Positions 24,656-34,706 of a DNA stretch of 64,000 nucleotides are shown here, one piece after another. The position numbers were made by a program, and so were the translations under genes. The stretch is from positions 1 through 64,000 of IMG/VR virus record IMGVR_UViG_3300034284_000578, one strand, 5' to 3'. The notes under the pieces are model-generated. The model saw nothing but the letters and a program-made list of their open reading frames with translations, was not told the origin of the DNA and made no database searches. The stretch comes from a virus. Position 1 is the stretch's first letter. Every line of letters starts with the position of its first letter.

Positions 24656-25299
24656 TACCATATATTTGTGAACAATTTACTAAACATTTTAATAAAGATG
24701 ATATTAAAACTATATTCCAATTAGGTGCTTCTGATGCTCATGATACTATAGAAATGCTTTCGTTTTATAATCCTGATGTTTTAGTATTTTTTGAATGTCA
24801 TCCGGGAATTTTACACTGCGGTAGAGATGTTGTAAAAAATTACATTGGTAAAACTAAATTGTATTTTATAGAAAAAGCAATACATTCATATGTTGGACAA
24901 CTTGATATATGGTCTGTACCTTTAGATGATCCTAGAAAAGAAGGATTTGAGTCTTCTTCTATTTTTAGAAATTCTACAATTATAGAACAAAATATATTAA
25001 AACTACCATGTACTACTTTAGATGAAGAAGCAAAAAGATTAGGAATAGATAGTATTGATCTATTGTGTGCGGATGTAGAAGGAAATGAATTTAATGCATT
25101 TACAAATCAAAATATATTACATAAAACAAAATATATAATAACTGAAGTGGGTGTAGACAGAAACTGGAGACCGGGAAATCCAGTTTTAGATGATTTAGAA
25201 ATATTACTTTCCGGATATGGATTTGTTAAGAAAGATTTTTATTGGGGTCATGTTGGATGTTGTGGTGAAGCATTATTTGTAAACGAAAGGATAATCTAA
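24652..25299 (+). CDS. FkbM-family methyltransferase
   Basis: FQLGA, FECHP, TLD, IDLLCADVEGNE. Confidence 0.8.
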   Translation: MIPYICEQFTKHFNKDDIKTIFQLGASDAHDTIEMLSFYNPDVLVFFECHPGILHCGRDVVKNYIGKTKLYFIEKAIHSYVGQLDIWSVPLDDPRKEGFESSSIFRNSTIIEQNILKLPCTTLDEEAKRLGIDSIDLLCADVEGNEFNAFTNQNILHKTKYIITEVGVDRNWRPGNPVLDDLEILLSGYGFVKKDFYWGHVGCCGEALFVNERII

Positions 25300-25303
25300 T
25301 AAT

Positions 25304-25873
25304 ATGGAAAATCATTTAGGTGGGTGTATAATAGAAGGTGACATTGGAACATTTGCTCCACAAGTTTGGGACAAATTAATAGAAGTGTATAAACCAAAAA
25401 CTTTTTTGGATATTGGTTGTGGTGCTGGACACTCTTTAAAGTATTTTTTAGACAAAGGTATTGACGGTATAGGAATTGAAGGATGGGTTGAAGCAATAAA
25501 AAGATCTAAAGTTTCCGGTAATATCATTCAACACGATTATACTTTAAATGAATATGAACCAAAATCAAATTTTGATTTGGCATGGTGCTGTGAATTTGTT
25601 GAACACGTTGAGGAAAAGTATATTAACAATTTTATGAAAACTTTTTCAAAATGTAATGTTGCTGCAATAACACATGCAGTTCCAGGTCAACCTGGCTATC
25701 ATCATGTAAATTGTCAAGTAGCACAATATTGGATAGATGTGTTTAAACAATATAATTTTTCCTACAAAGAAGAATTATCACTATCACTTAGACGTTTATT
25801 GAGAGATGAAAATGGTAATCCCTTACCAAATGGAAATCACGTGATGAATACTTTAATGGTATTTGAGAAATAA
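25304..25873 (+). CDS. Class I SAM-dependent methyltransferase
   Basis: LDIGCGAG, CEFVEHV, GYHHVNCQ. Confidence 0.85.
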   Translation: MENHLGGCIIEGDIGTFAPQVWDKLIEVYKPKTFLDIGCGAGHSLKYFLDKGIDGIGIEGWVEAIKRSKVSGNIIQHDYTLNEYEPKSNFDLAWCCEFVEHVEEKYINNFMKTFSKCNVAAITHAVPGQPGYHHVNCQVAQYWIDVFKQYNFSYKEELSLSLRRLLRDENGNPLPNGNHVMNTLMVFEK

Positions 25874-25877
25874 AACC

Positions 25878-26777
25878 ATGATTGATATATCAACTAATAG
25901 AGAGTTATACTTATTTGATTCTGTAGAGAGAGTATTCCAATCACTAGAATACGCAAAATCTCTTCCAATCCCAGATTGGCAAGAAGAAACTATTTTTCAT
26001 TTTTATTGGAGAGTACCAAAAGAATTTGGTAGAAAACAAGTTTTACCAGTAAAATCAGCAATAGTGACTCAGGATCTTTCTAAGACTAAAATAATACTAT
26101 GGTCTAATGTTGATTTAAGTGATAATCCATATGTAAAACCATTACTTCCGTTTATAGAACTTAAAATATGGAATCTCGAAGAAGAAGTAAAAAATACTCC
26201 TCTAGAACATTCTAAAGTTATAAAAGGAGTAGTTGACGATCCTTTGTGTTATTTGGGTGGAGATTTATTTAGATTATTGTGTTTGTACAAATACGGTGGT
26301 GTATATATTGATATGGATGTTGTAGTATTGCGAGACTTTCTACCAATACTACCATATGAATTTATGTATCAATGGGGTTCATCTGGAACTGTTCCAACTG
26401 GTGGAGAACCAATATTGAAGCAAAACGGTGCTATAATGAGACTCAAAGCGAATAGCATATTGGCAAAAGATTTACTAAAAGAACTAGAATTAACACCAGC
26501 AAAACCAAATACTACTTGTTGGGGAACAGAATTATACCATAAAGTTTGGAATAAAAATAAAAATTGGATAACATTTCCTTGTGCTTGGTTTAATACAGAA
26601 TGGGGAATGAGCAGAACAATACAACCTTTTAAGAAAAATTATGAAGGTAATGAAAGTTCTGAATTGTTTGATGGTGCATTTACTTGGCATTGGCACAATA
26701 AATGGGATGAACCAATTCAGGATGGCTGTAAATTTCAAATTCTAGAAAATTTAGTAGAAGAAAAATTTAAAAATTGA
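25878..26777 (+). CDS. GT32-like (DxD) glycosyltransferase
   Basis: DLFRLLCLYKYGGVYIDMD. Confidence 0.85.
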   Translation: MIDISTNRELYLFDSVERVFQSLEYAKSLPIPDWQEETIFHFYWRVPKEFGRKQVLPVKSAIVTQDLSKTKIILWSNVDLSDNPYVKPLLPFIELKIWNLEEEVKNTPLEHSKVIKGVVDDPLCYLGGDLFRLLCLYKYGGVYIDMDVVVLRDFLPILPYEFMYQWGSSGTVPTGGEPILKQNGAIMRLKANSILAKDLLKELELTPAKPNTTCWGTELYHKVWNKNKNWITFPCAWFNTEWGMSRTIQPFKKNYEGNESSELFDGAFTWHWHNKWDEPIQDGCKFQILENLVEEKFKN

Positions 26778-26786
26778 AGGATAAAA

Positions 26787-27584
26787 ATGAAATTAAGTAA
26801 TTTAACTTGCGATGTTTTACAAAATCGTTCATCTATGTGTGAACTTGCAAAACATTTTGGTACAGATAAGCATGATCATGGATACACAAAAATATATCAC
26901 GAAATAATGAAAGATAAAAAAGAAGAAAAAATTTCAATATTAGAATTGGGTATATATCATGGAAGCTCAATAAAAATGTGGCATGATTATTTTAAGCGGG
27001 GATTAATTTGTGGCACAGATAATGGTCGAATTGTAAAATATTCTAAGATACAATCGAGCGGAAGTTGTGAAAATCCGAGCAAGGATGATGTTGAACTACT
27101 AAAAGAAGGTAAAGTATTTAATACGGATTTTTCTTGGTTAGAAAATGAAAGAATAAAATGCTATACCGCAGATCAGCGTTCATATGAACAAATGAAAAAT
27201 GCATTTAATCATTTTGGTACAGATATGTTTGATTATATTTTAGATGACGGTCATCATTTTCAAGAACATCAACAAAAATCTTTAGGTTTCTTATTTCCTC
27301 ATGTAAAATCTAAAGGATTCTATATTATAGAAGATGTTGTTTGTGGAAATAGTTTACGTGCTGGTATGTTTTGGGGTCAAAAAAGAGAAGATTGCAGTGA
27401 TTCTACTGATGATGTTTTTACTAAATTTATAAACAATAATATCTTAGAATCGGATTATATGACTACAGAGCAACGAGATTATATCATTAATAATATTGAA
27501 GATATTCATTTATGGTCTCACGGAGGACACGATAAATCACCAGTAACCGGATCTTCTAAATTGTTAGTTATTAAGAAAAAATAA
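26787..27584 (+). CDS. Class I SAM-dependent (sugar O-)methyltransferase
   Basis: GTDK..HGY, ILELGI, ILDDGHH, YIIEDV. Confidence 0.8.
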   Translation: MKLSNLTCDVLQNRSSMCELAKHFGTDKHDHGYTKIYHEIMKDKKEEKISILELGIYHGSSIKMWHDYFKRGLICGTDNGRIVKYSKIQSSGSCENPSKDDVELLKEGKVFNTDFSWLENERIKCYTADQRSYEQMKNAFNHFGTDMFDYILDDGHHFQEHQQKSLGFLFPHVKSKGFYIIEDVVCGNSLRAGMFWGQKREDCSDSTDDVFTKFINNNILESDYMTTEQRDYIINNIEDIHLWSHGGHDKSPVTGSSKLLVIKKK

Positions 27585-27586
27585 GC

Positions 27587-28381
27587 ATGAAAATTATAAG
27601 TTATTCTCTTTGGGGAAATAAAGCATTGTATGTTATAAATGCGATTAAAAATGCAGACATTGCTGCTGATATATTTCCAGAATGGAAATGTCGATATTAT
27701 GTTTCTCCAAATGTAAAACAAATATTTATCGATGAACTTAAAAAAAGAAATAATACCGAAATCATATTTCAACCTCAAGATGAAAATTGGAATGGTATGT
27801 TTTGGCGTTTTTATGGCGCAGAAGATGCTAAAACGAAAAATGATGCAATGATAAGCAGAGATGCAGATAGTTTATTAAATGAGAGAGACAAAGCATGTGT
27901 GGATCAGTGGTTGAGCAGCGATAAAGATTTTCACATAGTTAGAGACATGTGCGCGCATAATGTAAAAATAATGGGCGGGGTTTGGGGAGTTAGGAATAAT
28001 ATATTGGGAAATATTAAAGAATTAATAAATAATTATTCTAGAAAAAATAACAACAATAGAAAGAATATAGATCAAGAATTTTTATGGGATATAATTTACC
28101 CAATAGTAAAAGATAAAGCATTTGTACACGACGCATACAAGTTTTTTAATGATGGTGGTGTTCCTCCTCCTATACGAAGATTGGGACCTTATTTGCCCAG
28201 TGAAAAACCCAACAATCAAGATTGGCCTACACTTGATGATCCATATAGAACAGTAAAAACCAATAAATTAGTATATTGTGGTTGGTGTCATAGAATACAC
28301 GATAATGATTTTATAGGAAAACTTAATCAAGATTTTAGTGAAGAAGATAAACAAAAATACCCATTTCAGGAGACAGAATAA
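27587..28381 (+). CDS. Putative glycosyltransferase, paralog of 22602
   Basis: ISYSLWG, SRDADS, MGGVWG, DQEFL. Confidence 0.7.
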   Translation: MKIISYSLWGNKALYVINAIKNADIAADIFPEWKCRYYVSPNVKQIFIDELKKRNNTEIIFQPQDENWNGMFWRFYGAEDAKTKNDAMISRDADSLLNERDKACVDQWLSSDKDFHIVRDMCAHNVKIMGGVWGVRNNILGNIKELINNYSRKNNNNRKNIDQEFLWDIIYPIVKDKAFVHDAYKFFNDGGVPPPIRRLGPYLPSEKPNNQDWPTLDDPYRTVKTNKLVYCGWCHRIHDNDFIGKLNQDFSEEDKQKYPFQETE

Positions 28382-29229
28382 TGTACGCACAGTGGAAATC
28401 TTTTGACGATCATAGTTATCCTTATATAACGGGAAATAGTATTGCAGTAAAATGTAAATATGTTTGGAACTATGATGGATATAAAATAAATCCAAAATCC
28501 AACAACCATAATTGGGCATTTATTAAAACTGATTATATTGGTGAGTTTTTTTCTGAAGTTGAATTAAAAGAACCATCTATAATATTTACCCATAACAGTG
28601 ATTATCCTATTAATGAAGGATATTTGAGATATTTGGATAATCCTAAAGTGTTGGTTTGGTTTGCACAAAATGTAGCAATTAAACATCCAAAATTAAAACC
28701 GTTTCCCATAGGAATTGCAAACGCGGGTTATTCGCATGGTGATATTTCTATTGTAAATAAAATACGAAGTCAAAATAATAAAAAAGAAAATATGTTCTAT
28801 GCAAATTTTAATATCAATAACAACAAAAATGAAAGAGAGTATTGTTTACAACAAACGGGAATTGGACTCCGAAATGAGGTTAATGGTGGATGGAATGGTT
28901 TTGCTGGAGGATATAAACTACCAACAACATTTGAAGGATATCTTGCAGATTTGAGTAAAAGTTATTTTTGTTTGTCTCCAAAAGGTAATGGTATAGATTG
29001 TCATAGAACGTGGGAAGCTTTATATATGGGTTGTATACCAATTGTTACAAAATCAGAAATAGCAGAAGCCCATAAAGATATGCCAATCATAATTTTAAAT
29101 GATTGGGCAGATTTTAAGAAAATAACTTTTGATGAAAACTTATATCACAAAGTTTGGAATAATTTTAATATTGGGGATCTTCATTTAGACAATTATTTGA
29201 AAAGAATAATGAAAGAGATACCCCAATGA
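28381..29229 (+). CDS. Exostosin/GT47-like glycosyltransferase
   Basis: FCLSPKGNGIDCHRTWEALYMGCIPIV. Confidence 0.8.
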   Translation: MYAQWKSFDDHSYPYITGNSIAVKCKYVWNYDGYKINPKSNNHNWAFIKTDYIGEFFSEVELKEPSIIFTHNSDYPINEGYLRYLDNPKVLVWFAQNVAIKHPKLKPFPIGIANAGYSHGDISIVNKIRSQNNKKENMFYANFNINNNKNEREYCLQQTGIGLRNEVNGGWNGFAGGYKLPTTFEGYLADLSKSYFCLSPKGNGIDCHRTWEALYMGCIPIVTKSEIAEAHKDMPIIILNDWADFKKITFDENLYHKVWNNFNIGDLHLDNYLKRIMKEIPQ

Positions 29230-30134
29230 AAATTGTAGTTACAGGTGGTTGTGGTTTTATTGGATCAAATCTAGTAGATGAATTAGTAAGACAAGGACAC
29301 GATGTTACTGTTTTGGATGATCTTTCATCAGATGCACATGATCAATTCTATTTCAATCCACAAGCAAAATACTATCATTATGATATTACAAATGAACATC
29401 TTGTAAATGGTGTATTTGATCGGCATGAACCTGAGTACGTTTTTCATTTAGCGGCAGAAGCAAGAATACAAAATTGTATTCTGAATCCCGGTAGAGCATT
29501 AGATATTAATACTTTTGGTACTCAAAATGTATTGAATGCTGCCAAAATGGTTAAAGCAAAACGTGTAATTTTTTCAAGTACTTCTGCGATCTATGGATTG
29601 ACAAATAAGGCAATTCAAAAAGAATCCGACAAACCAGATTGTTTAAATGCTTATTCATATTCTAAATTTTTTTCAGAAGGATTGTGCAAAATGTACTCCG
29701 ATTTGTACAATCTGGATACTGCTTGTTTTAGATATTTTAATGTGTATGGTCCAAGACAACCAAAACGCGGATCATATGCGCCTGTAATTGGTGTATTCTC
29801 TCGTCAAAAGAAAGCAAATCAATTAATGACGGTTGTTGGAGATGGTTTGCAAACCAGAGATTATATTCACGTATCCGATGTAGTTTCTGCTAATATTGCA
29901 GCAATGAATCACAATACAAATCTTTGTGGTAAGATAATGAATGTTGGAACTGGTACATCATATTCTGTTTTAGATCTTGCAAAAATGATGGGTGGAGAGT
30001 ATACTCATGTTGCACCAAGAACTGGAGAAGCAAGACAAACTTGTGCCGATATTTTTGTAATTAAACAAACTCTTGGATGGCAACCAACCAAATGTCTTAA
30101 GGAATATATGGAGAATAAAGAATATGATACTTGA
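29226..30134 (+). CDS. NAD-dependent nucleotide-sugar epimerase/dehydratase
   Basis: TGGCGFIG, HLAA, YSYSK, RYFNVYGP, RDYIHV. Confidence 0.92.
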   Translation: MKIVVTGGCGFIGSNLVDELVRQGHDVTVLDDLSSDAHDQFYFNPQAKYYHYDITNEHLVNGVFDRHEPEYVFHLAAEARIQNCILNPGRALDINTFGTQNVLNAAKMVKAKRVIFSSTSAIYGLTNKAIQKESDKPDCLNAYSYSKFFSEGLCKMYSDLYNLDTACFRYFNVYGPRQPKRGSYAPVIGVFSRQKKANQLMTVVGDGLQTRDYIHVSDVVSANIAAMNHNTNLCGKIMNVGTGTSYSVLDLAKMMGGEYTHVAPRTGEARQTCADIFVIKQTLGWQPTKCLKEYMENKEYDT

Positions 30135-30345
30135 ATCTGGTGAATTAAATATTCAAAATGAAATTGAAAAAATAATTAAAAAGAAGAATTGTTCTTATAT
30201 GGATGCGGTTCTACAAATTTGTGAATTACACAATATAGATCCTTCATATATTGCCAAGCATTTGTCAAAACCAATTGTTGAAAAGATTAAAGCCGAAGCA
30301 CAGTCATTGAACTTCCTGCCCAAATCTTCTCGACTTCCTATTTGA
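30124..30345 (+). CDS. Late transcription coactivator gp33
   Basis: YMDAVLQICE...EKIKAEAQSLNFL; adjacent to gp32. Confidence 0.8.
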   Translation: MILESGELNIQNEIEKIIKKKNCSYMDAVLQICELHNIDPSYIAKHLSKPIVEKIKAEAQSLNFLPKSSRLPI

Positions 30346-30370
30346 CTTACCTACATAATACGGTTATAAT
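30342..30370 (+). promoter_or_regulatory. Sigma70 promoter for gp32
   Basis: TTGACT-N17-TATAAT. Confidence 0.75.
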
Positions 30371-30419
30371 ACTTCGTATATCTGTCACACTTTAATACTT
30401 CGTACACGAAAGGATACAA

Positions 30420-31340
30420 ATGTCATTTAAAGATTTAAAGAAGAAGTCCACCGATCTCTCAAAGATCACCCAAGAGTTGGATAAGTTGAACAAGGGTGGT
30501 GCAGAGTCGTACAAGGACGACCGGTTCTGGAAGCCTGAACTGGATCAAGCATCAAATGGTTTTGCAGTAATTCGATTCCTACCGGTCGTTGACGGTGAGG
30601 ATGTTCCTTGGGCGCGTGTGTTTAGTCACGGGTTCCAAGGCAAGGGTGGATGGTTCATTGAGAACTGCCCAACTACACTAGGTAAGAAGTGCCCAGTGTG
30701 TGAAGCAAACAACGAACTTTGGAACAGCGGGATTGAAGACGACAAGACTGTTGCGCGTGATCGTAAGCGCAAGTTGAGTTATGTTGCCAATGTTTATGTT
30801 GTTTCCGATCCAAAGCACCCAGAGAACGAGGGTAAGGTGTTCCTCTTTAAGTTTGGTAAGAAGATCTTTGATAAGATCATGGAAAAGATCCAGCCCGAAT
30901 TCCCAGATGATTCTCCTGTCAATGTGTTTGATTTCTGGCAAGGTGCAAACTTCAAGTTGAAGATTCGCAAGGTTGCTGGTTATATCAACTATGACAAGAG
31001 TGAATTTGAAGAGCCAACTCCGCTTCTTGGTGGTGATGATGCAAAGTTGGAAGCACTTTGGAAGAAGCAGTATGCTCTTAAGGAGTTCACGAATCCCGAG
31101 AACTTCAAGTCTTATGACGAACTAAAGTCTAAGATGGAATCAGTTCTTCGTGGTGGCAGTGAAGGTAAGGCAAAGACTGCGGAAGAGATGGAGCAGATTG
31201 AGGACGCGGAGCAGCGTTTTGGTTCTGCACCAAAGTTCAAGAATCCTCCAAAGATGCCAGAAAAGAAGTCTCCGGTCGAAGATGATGCGGAGGAAGAGGA
31301 TGCGCTCTCTTACTTTGAGAAGTTGGCAAAGGAAGAGTGA
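30420..31340 (+). CDS. Single-stranded DNA-binding protein gp32
   Basis: DDRFWKP, AVIRFLP, ENCPTT..CPVC, FGKKIFDK, acidic tail DALSYFEKLA. Confidence 0.95.
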   Translation: MSFKDLKKKSTDLSKITQELDKLNKGGAESYKDDRFWKPELDQASNGFAVIRFLPVVDGEDVPWARVFSHGFQGKGGWFIENCPTTLGKKCPVCEANNELWNSGIEDDKTVARDRKRKLSYVANVYVVSDPKHPENEGKVFLFKFGKKIFDKIMEKIQPEFPDDSPVNVFDFWQGANFKLKIRKVAGYINYDKSEFEEPTPLLGGDDAKLEALWKKQYALKEFTNPENFKSYDELKSKMESVLRGGSEGKAKTAEEMEQIEDAEQRFGSAPKFKNPPKMPEKKSPVEDDAEEEDALSYFEKLAKEE

Positions 31341-31365
31341 ACTAATTTTGTTTGAGTGTGATTTG

Positions 31366-31398
31366 GAGAAGACGGCTTAAACGCCGTCTTTTCTTTTT
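31366..31398. terminator. Terminator between convergent gp32 and tail genes
   Basis: GAGAAGACGGC-TTAAAC-GCCGTCTTTTC-TTTT. Confidence 0.75.
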
Positions 31399-33274
31399 AC
31401 CCTTGAGTTCCTAGAGCCGCATTTCTACCCAAATCTCTAGTAAGTAGAGCCTGCATGCCACTTTCATCTGGAGGAATTGCATTACCGTCTGATGCAATTG
31501 CGGACGAACTTCCACCACCAGCAACAGATGTTTTAGAATTATTGTAATAATTGTTTATTACAAGAGGTCTATTATCTGTTTGAGGCATTGCACTCAATTC
31601 ATTGTTAATACTTTTATTTGTTTGGTATTGCACACTTTCACTTGTTTGCATTTGTGCTGCTGGTGCGAGTTGTGTTCTTGGTGTTCCCCCAAATTCTACA
31701 GAAGGTTGTTGACTTTGGGTTGCCGGTGTCATTGCTTCTTGCAGTGAAGGTGTCTCAACTTTTGCTTGTCCTTCTGCTGTTGTTGGTGCTTCTACACCCT
31801 TCTTAAACCAATCACCTATTCCAGGCACAGAAGCCGCAAATTCATAAACTTCTTTTGGTCCTATTGTTTCTGCAACTAGATTACCAACGTATTCACCACC
31901 ATACATTCCAATAATTCCACCGAGTATTGAACCCAAAGGTCCTCCAACCAAACCTACAGCGGAACCTATGGTAGTTCCGATAAGGGAACCCATTCTTTTA
32001 CCTAATTCCGCACCAATTGCTTCCTTCTTTTGTTCTGGAGTTAAATTGGGATCTTGTTGTATTGCTGGTATGTTTAAGTATCCGATGATACCTTCAATTG
32101 CAGTACCAAGTAATGGTACTCTTTTTAAAGCAGGAAGTATTACGTTTTTACCAGGTCCTTTTAGGAATGCCATAGGATTTTTAATGGCTTTTGCTAATTC
32201 TAGACCACCTTGTCCAAGTTGTTGCACCATTCCTACCGCACCAGTGCCTATATTTCTTGCAGTTTGTAACATTCTACCAAAGAAGCCGGGCTTTGGTGCT
32301 GCTGCCGCTGCTTGTGCTGTTGTGGATGCGGGGGTTGAAAGTAGTTGAGCAGGACTTGTGGTTGGTGTTGACGGGGGTTGCATAACAAACCCTTGACCTG
32401 GAATGTTTTGTATTCCGGCTGCAACTGGGGCTACTGATTGTGCTATTGCTGGAGCAGCTGATCCAGCGGCACCAAGTGCAGTTCCAAAACCTAAACGCGA
32501 TAGTATTTTTGCGCCAAATTTTGATGCAGTTCCCGTTATTGCTGATTTTGTACCAGTTGCTGCTTTTGTTGTGGTATCAATTGCTTTAGCCGTCATTGTA
32601 ACTGGGGCTGATGCTCCTCGGACTTTTGCTAGTGCTCCTAATTTACTACTAGTTGCTATTTTTGCAATACGAGCAAGAGTACCACCCTTAGTACGTCCTT
32701 TTAGCAGAGAAGCAAGCATGGCGGCATCAGCAGCAGTATCCAACCATCCACCACCTTCTCCACCACCCCCACCTGTTCCAATTTTCTTCAAGATCTTTTC
32801 CATAAGAACTTTAATATCAATTAAAGTTTTATTTTGATCCATCTGCAAAGAAACTTGTTCTTGTTGAGCCTCAGCGGTTTCTCTTAGTTGTTCTGTCGAT
32901 TGTTGGGGTATTGGTGAACGAGTTTGTGCCTTTAACGACGCACTTTCATTTTGTATACCAAGTATGGTTTTTACTTTTTGGATTAAATCGTTTACAGTCT
33001 TTTTTATGTTGTTTGCTAAGTTTATGTAAATATCAAATGCTTTTTTGACAAACTTGTAATCTAATCCCTGAGTTTGTTTTTGTACCGCAGCATCCATTTT
33101 TTCTGACAGAGTAGATGACTCTGGACGGGCAATTCTTCTTCTTCGTGGTGGAGTCGTGTTTCTTTGAAAAGAAGAAACCATAGCAGTTCCAGTATTTGAG
33201 AACATTCGTCCAATACCAGAAACTGCTTTAGTGTTTTGTTTACCCTCGGATGTTATTGTTGGTAGTGCTAACAT
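31397..33274 (-). CDS. Tape-measure / gp29-like protein
   Basis: Ala/Gly-rich helical protein with a Gly zipper; lies downstream of gp26-gp51. Confidence 0.5.
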   Translation of the reverse strand: MLALPTITSEGKQNTKAVSGIGRMFSNTGTAMVSSFQRNTTPPRRRRIARPESSTLSEKMDAAVQKQTQGLDYKFVKKAFDIYINLANNIKKTVNDLIQKVKTILGIQNESASLKAQTRSPIPQQSTEQLRETAEAQQEQVSLQMDQNKTLIDIKVLMEKILKKIGTGGGGGEGGGWLDTAADAAMLASLLKGRTKGGTLARIAKIATSSKLGALAKVRGASAPVTMTAKAIDTTTKAATGTKSAITGTASKFGAKILSRLGFGTALGAAGSAAPAIAQSVAPVAAGIQNIPGQGFVMQPPSTPTTSPAQLLSTPASTTAQAAAAAPKPGFFGRMLQTARNIGTGAVGMVQQLGQGGLELAKAIKNPMAFLKGPGKNVILPALKRVPLLGTAIEGIIGYLNIPAIQQDPNLTPEQKKEAIGAELGKRMGSLIGTTIGSAVGLVGGPLGSILGGIIGMYGGEYVGNLVAETIGPKEVYEFAASVPGIGDWFKKGVEAPTTAEGQAKVETPSLQEAMTPATQSQQPSVEFGGTPRTQLAPAAQMQTSESVQYQTNKSINNELSAMPQTDNRPLVINNYYNNSKTSVAGGGSSSAIASDGNAIPPDESGMQALLTRDLGRNAALGTQG

Positions 33275-33277
33275 TAG

Positions 33278-33457
33278 TTATTTTTTCTTTAATTGTTCTC
33301 TTCTTTTATTTATTTCCTCTACATGTTTTATTAAAAGATTTAGATAAATTTCTCTTTCCCACGGTATCATGTTTTCTAATTCAGTTAGGCTGTACTTGTG
33401 TTCTTGTAGGAGAAGAAAATTTGTTTTATACAAATTCTCTAAAGACTCACTCGCCAG
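33278..33457 (-). CDS. Baseplate hub assembly protein gp51 (no ATG start; not in the ORF track)
   Basis: SLENLYKTNFLLLQEHKYSLTELENMIPWEREIYLNLL is the gp51 signature. Confidence 0.88.
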   Translation of the reverse strand: MASESLENLYKTNFLLLQEHKYSLTELENMIPWEREIYLNLLIKHVEEINKRREQLKKK

Positions 33458-33459
33458 CC

Positions 33460-34164
33460 CTAGTCGAAAAAATCTACAAATTTATCGAGAACAACCTTTA
33501 CTTTCTTTTGTGTAAATGGAGAAACTGCTTCTGATTCATAATAAATGGAAGGCATGGTATCGAAGAAATTACTTAATTTTTCATACATGTCTTGCGTAAA
33601 TTGCTCAACAAATTCTTGCAATTCTACTTTGGAATAATCTGATGCTTTATACTCAGATTCTTTATCATAAATTTTATTGATACAATTTACGATTAAATTA
33701 AATCCATTTTCAACCAATGGTTTTGAGGGATCTACAGACAAAATTGTACGCATATTGGGATACTTCATTTCTACAAATAAAGAATCTGATAATTTTAATT
33801 TGGTTTCATGTTTTGTAGATCTTTTTACAATAACTTTATTAAGATCAACGTCTACTTGAAATTTTTTACTAGTATCGGGATCAATTACATTAATTTTTAT
33901 AACTTCTCCCATAGATTTTTCGCGTAACTTTAAGAAAATATACTCTATGTCAAATGAAGGAACATCTTCAATATCAATCTTGTCTATTAAACAATTGCTA
34001 ATAACTTGATCCATTGCTAATAGTATTTGATCATTGTCTTTAGATTCTGCTGCTATTAAAAGAATCTTTTCTTCTTTAACTAAAAATGGTCTATATCTTA
34101 TCTTTTGACCATTTGATGGTAATTTCATTTCAAAGGTTGCAACGTCAATTTTTGGTAGTGGCAT
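33460..34164 (-). CDS. Baseplate hub subunit gp26
   Basis: MPLPKI, YRPFLVKEEKILL, FDIEYIFLKLR. Confidence 0.92.
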   Translation of the reverse strand: MPLPKIDVATFEMKLPSNGQKIRYRPFLVKEEKILLIAAESKDNDQILLAMDQVISNCLIDKIDIEDVPSFDIEYIFLKLREKSMGEVIKINVIDPDTSKKFQVDVDLNKVIVKRSTKHETKLKLSDSLFVEMKYPNMRTILSVDPSKPLVENGFNLIVNCINKIYDKESEYKASDYSKVELQEFVEQFTQDMYEKLSNFFDTMPSIYYESEAVSPFTQKKVKVVLDKFVDFFD

Positions 34165-34187
34165 AGTAAAATCCTATTCTAAATAAT

Positions 34188-34706
34188 TCAAATAACCGAT
34201 GCATCTCTATATGCAAAGGTAACGGTTTGTTTTAAGTACGAATCGCGTTCATCGTATGATAATTGAACGGCTTCTATATTGCTCAACATCGCATACGAAA
34301 GTTTAATTGTGAAAAGTTTTTTATCTTTTTCTGTATCAAGACAAGAAATGTCAATATCACCAACAACATCATCCAAATAACCAATAAAGTAGTCTCCATT
34401 TACATTTTTAACAATTCTGTTATTTATTTCGCTGTAAAATGTTTTAACTGGGTTTCCTAGTGCATCTAAACGAAAAGTTATATTACAAGTTTGTGCCGGA
34501 AGTTTAACGTATGGTATTTTTAGCAAAGGTTGAGTGTTGAATTGAAAATCCGCAGTACCTACTCCCAATGGTGGTATGTCAATACTTTCAGCATATCCAC
34601 TAAAATACAAATTAGCATTATTAAAGTTTAGATTTACAGTAAATCTATTTGGTCTTGCCAAACCTCTTATACTGTTTAGTGCTGTTTGTACGTCTGCGTA
34701 TGCCAT
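34188..34706 (-). CDS. Tail-tube-fold protein (gp54/gp19-like)
   Basis: GLARPNRF...VTFAYR; synteny. Confidence 0.7.
   Translation of the reverse strand: MAYADVQTALNSIRGLARPNRFTVNLNFNNANLYFSGYAESIDIPPLGVGTADFQFNTQPLLKIPYVKLPAQTCNITFRLDALGNPVKTFYSEINNRIVKNVNGDYFIGYLDDVVGDIDISCLDTEKDKKLFTIKLSYAMLSNIEAVQLSYDERDSYLKQTVTFAYRDASVI

Noticed and set aside
33250-33534. 94-aa plus-strand hydrophobic ORF
   Set aside because: Antisense shadow of gp51 and gp26
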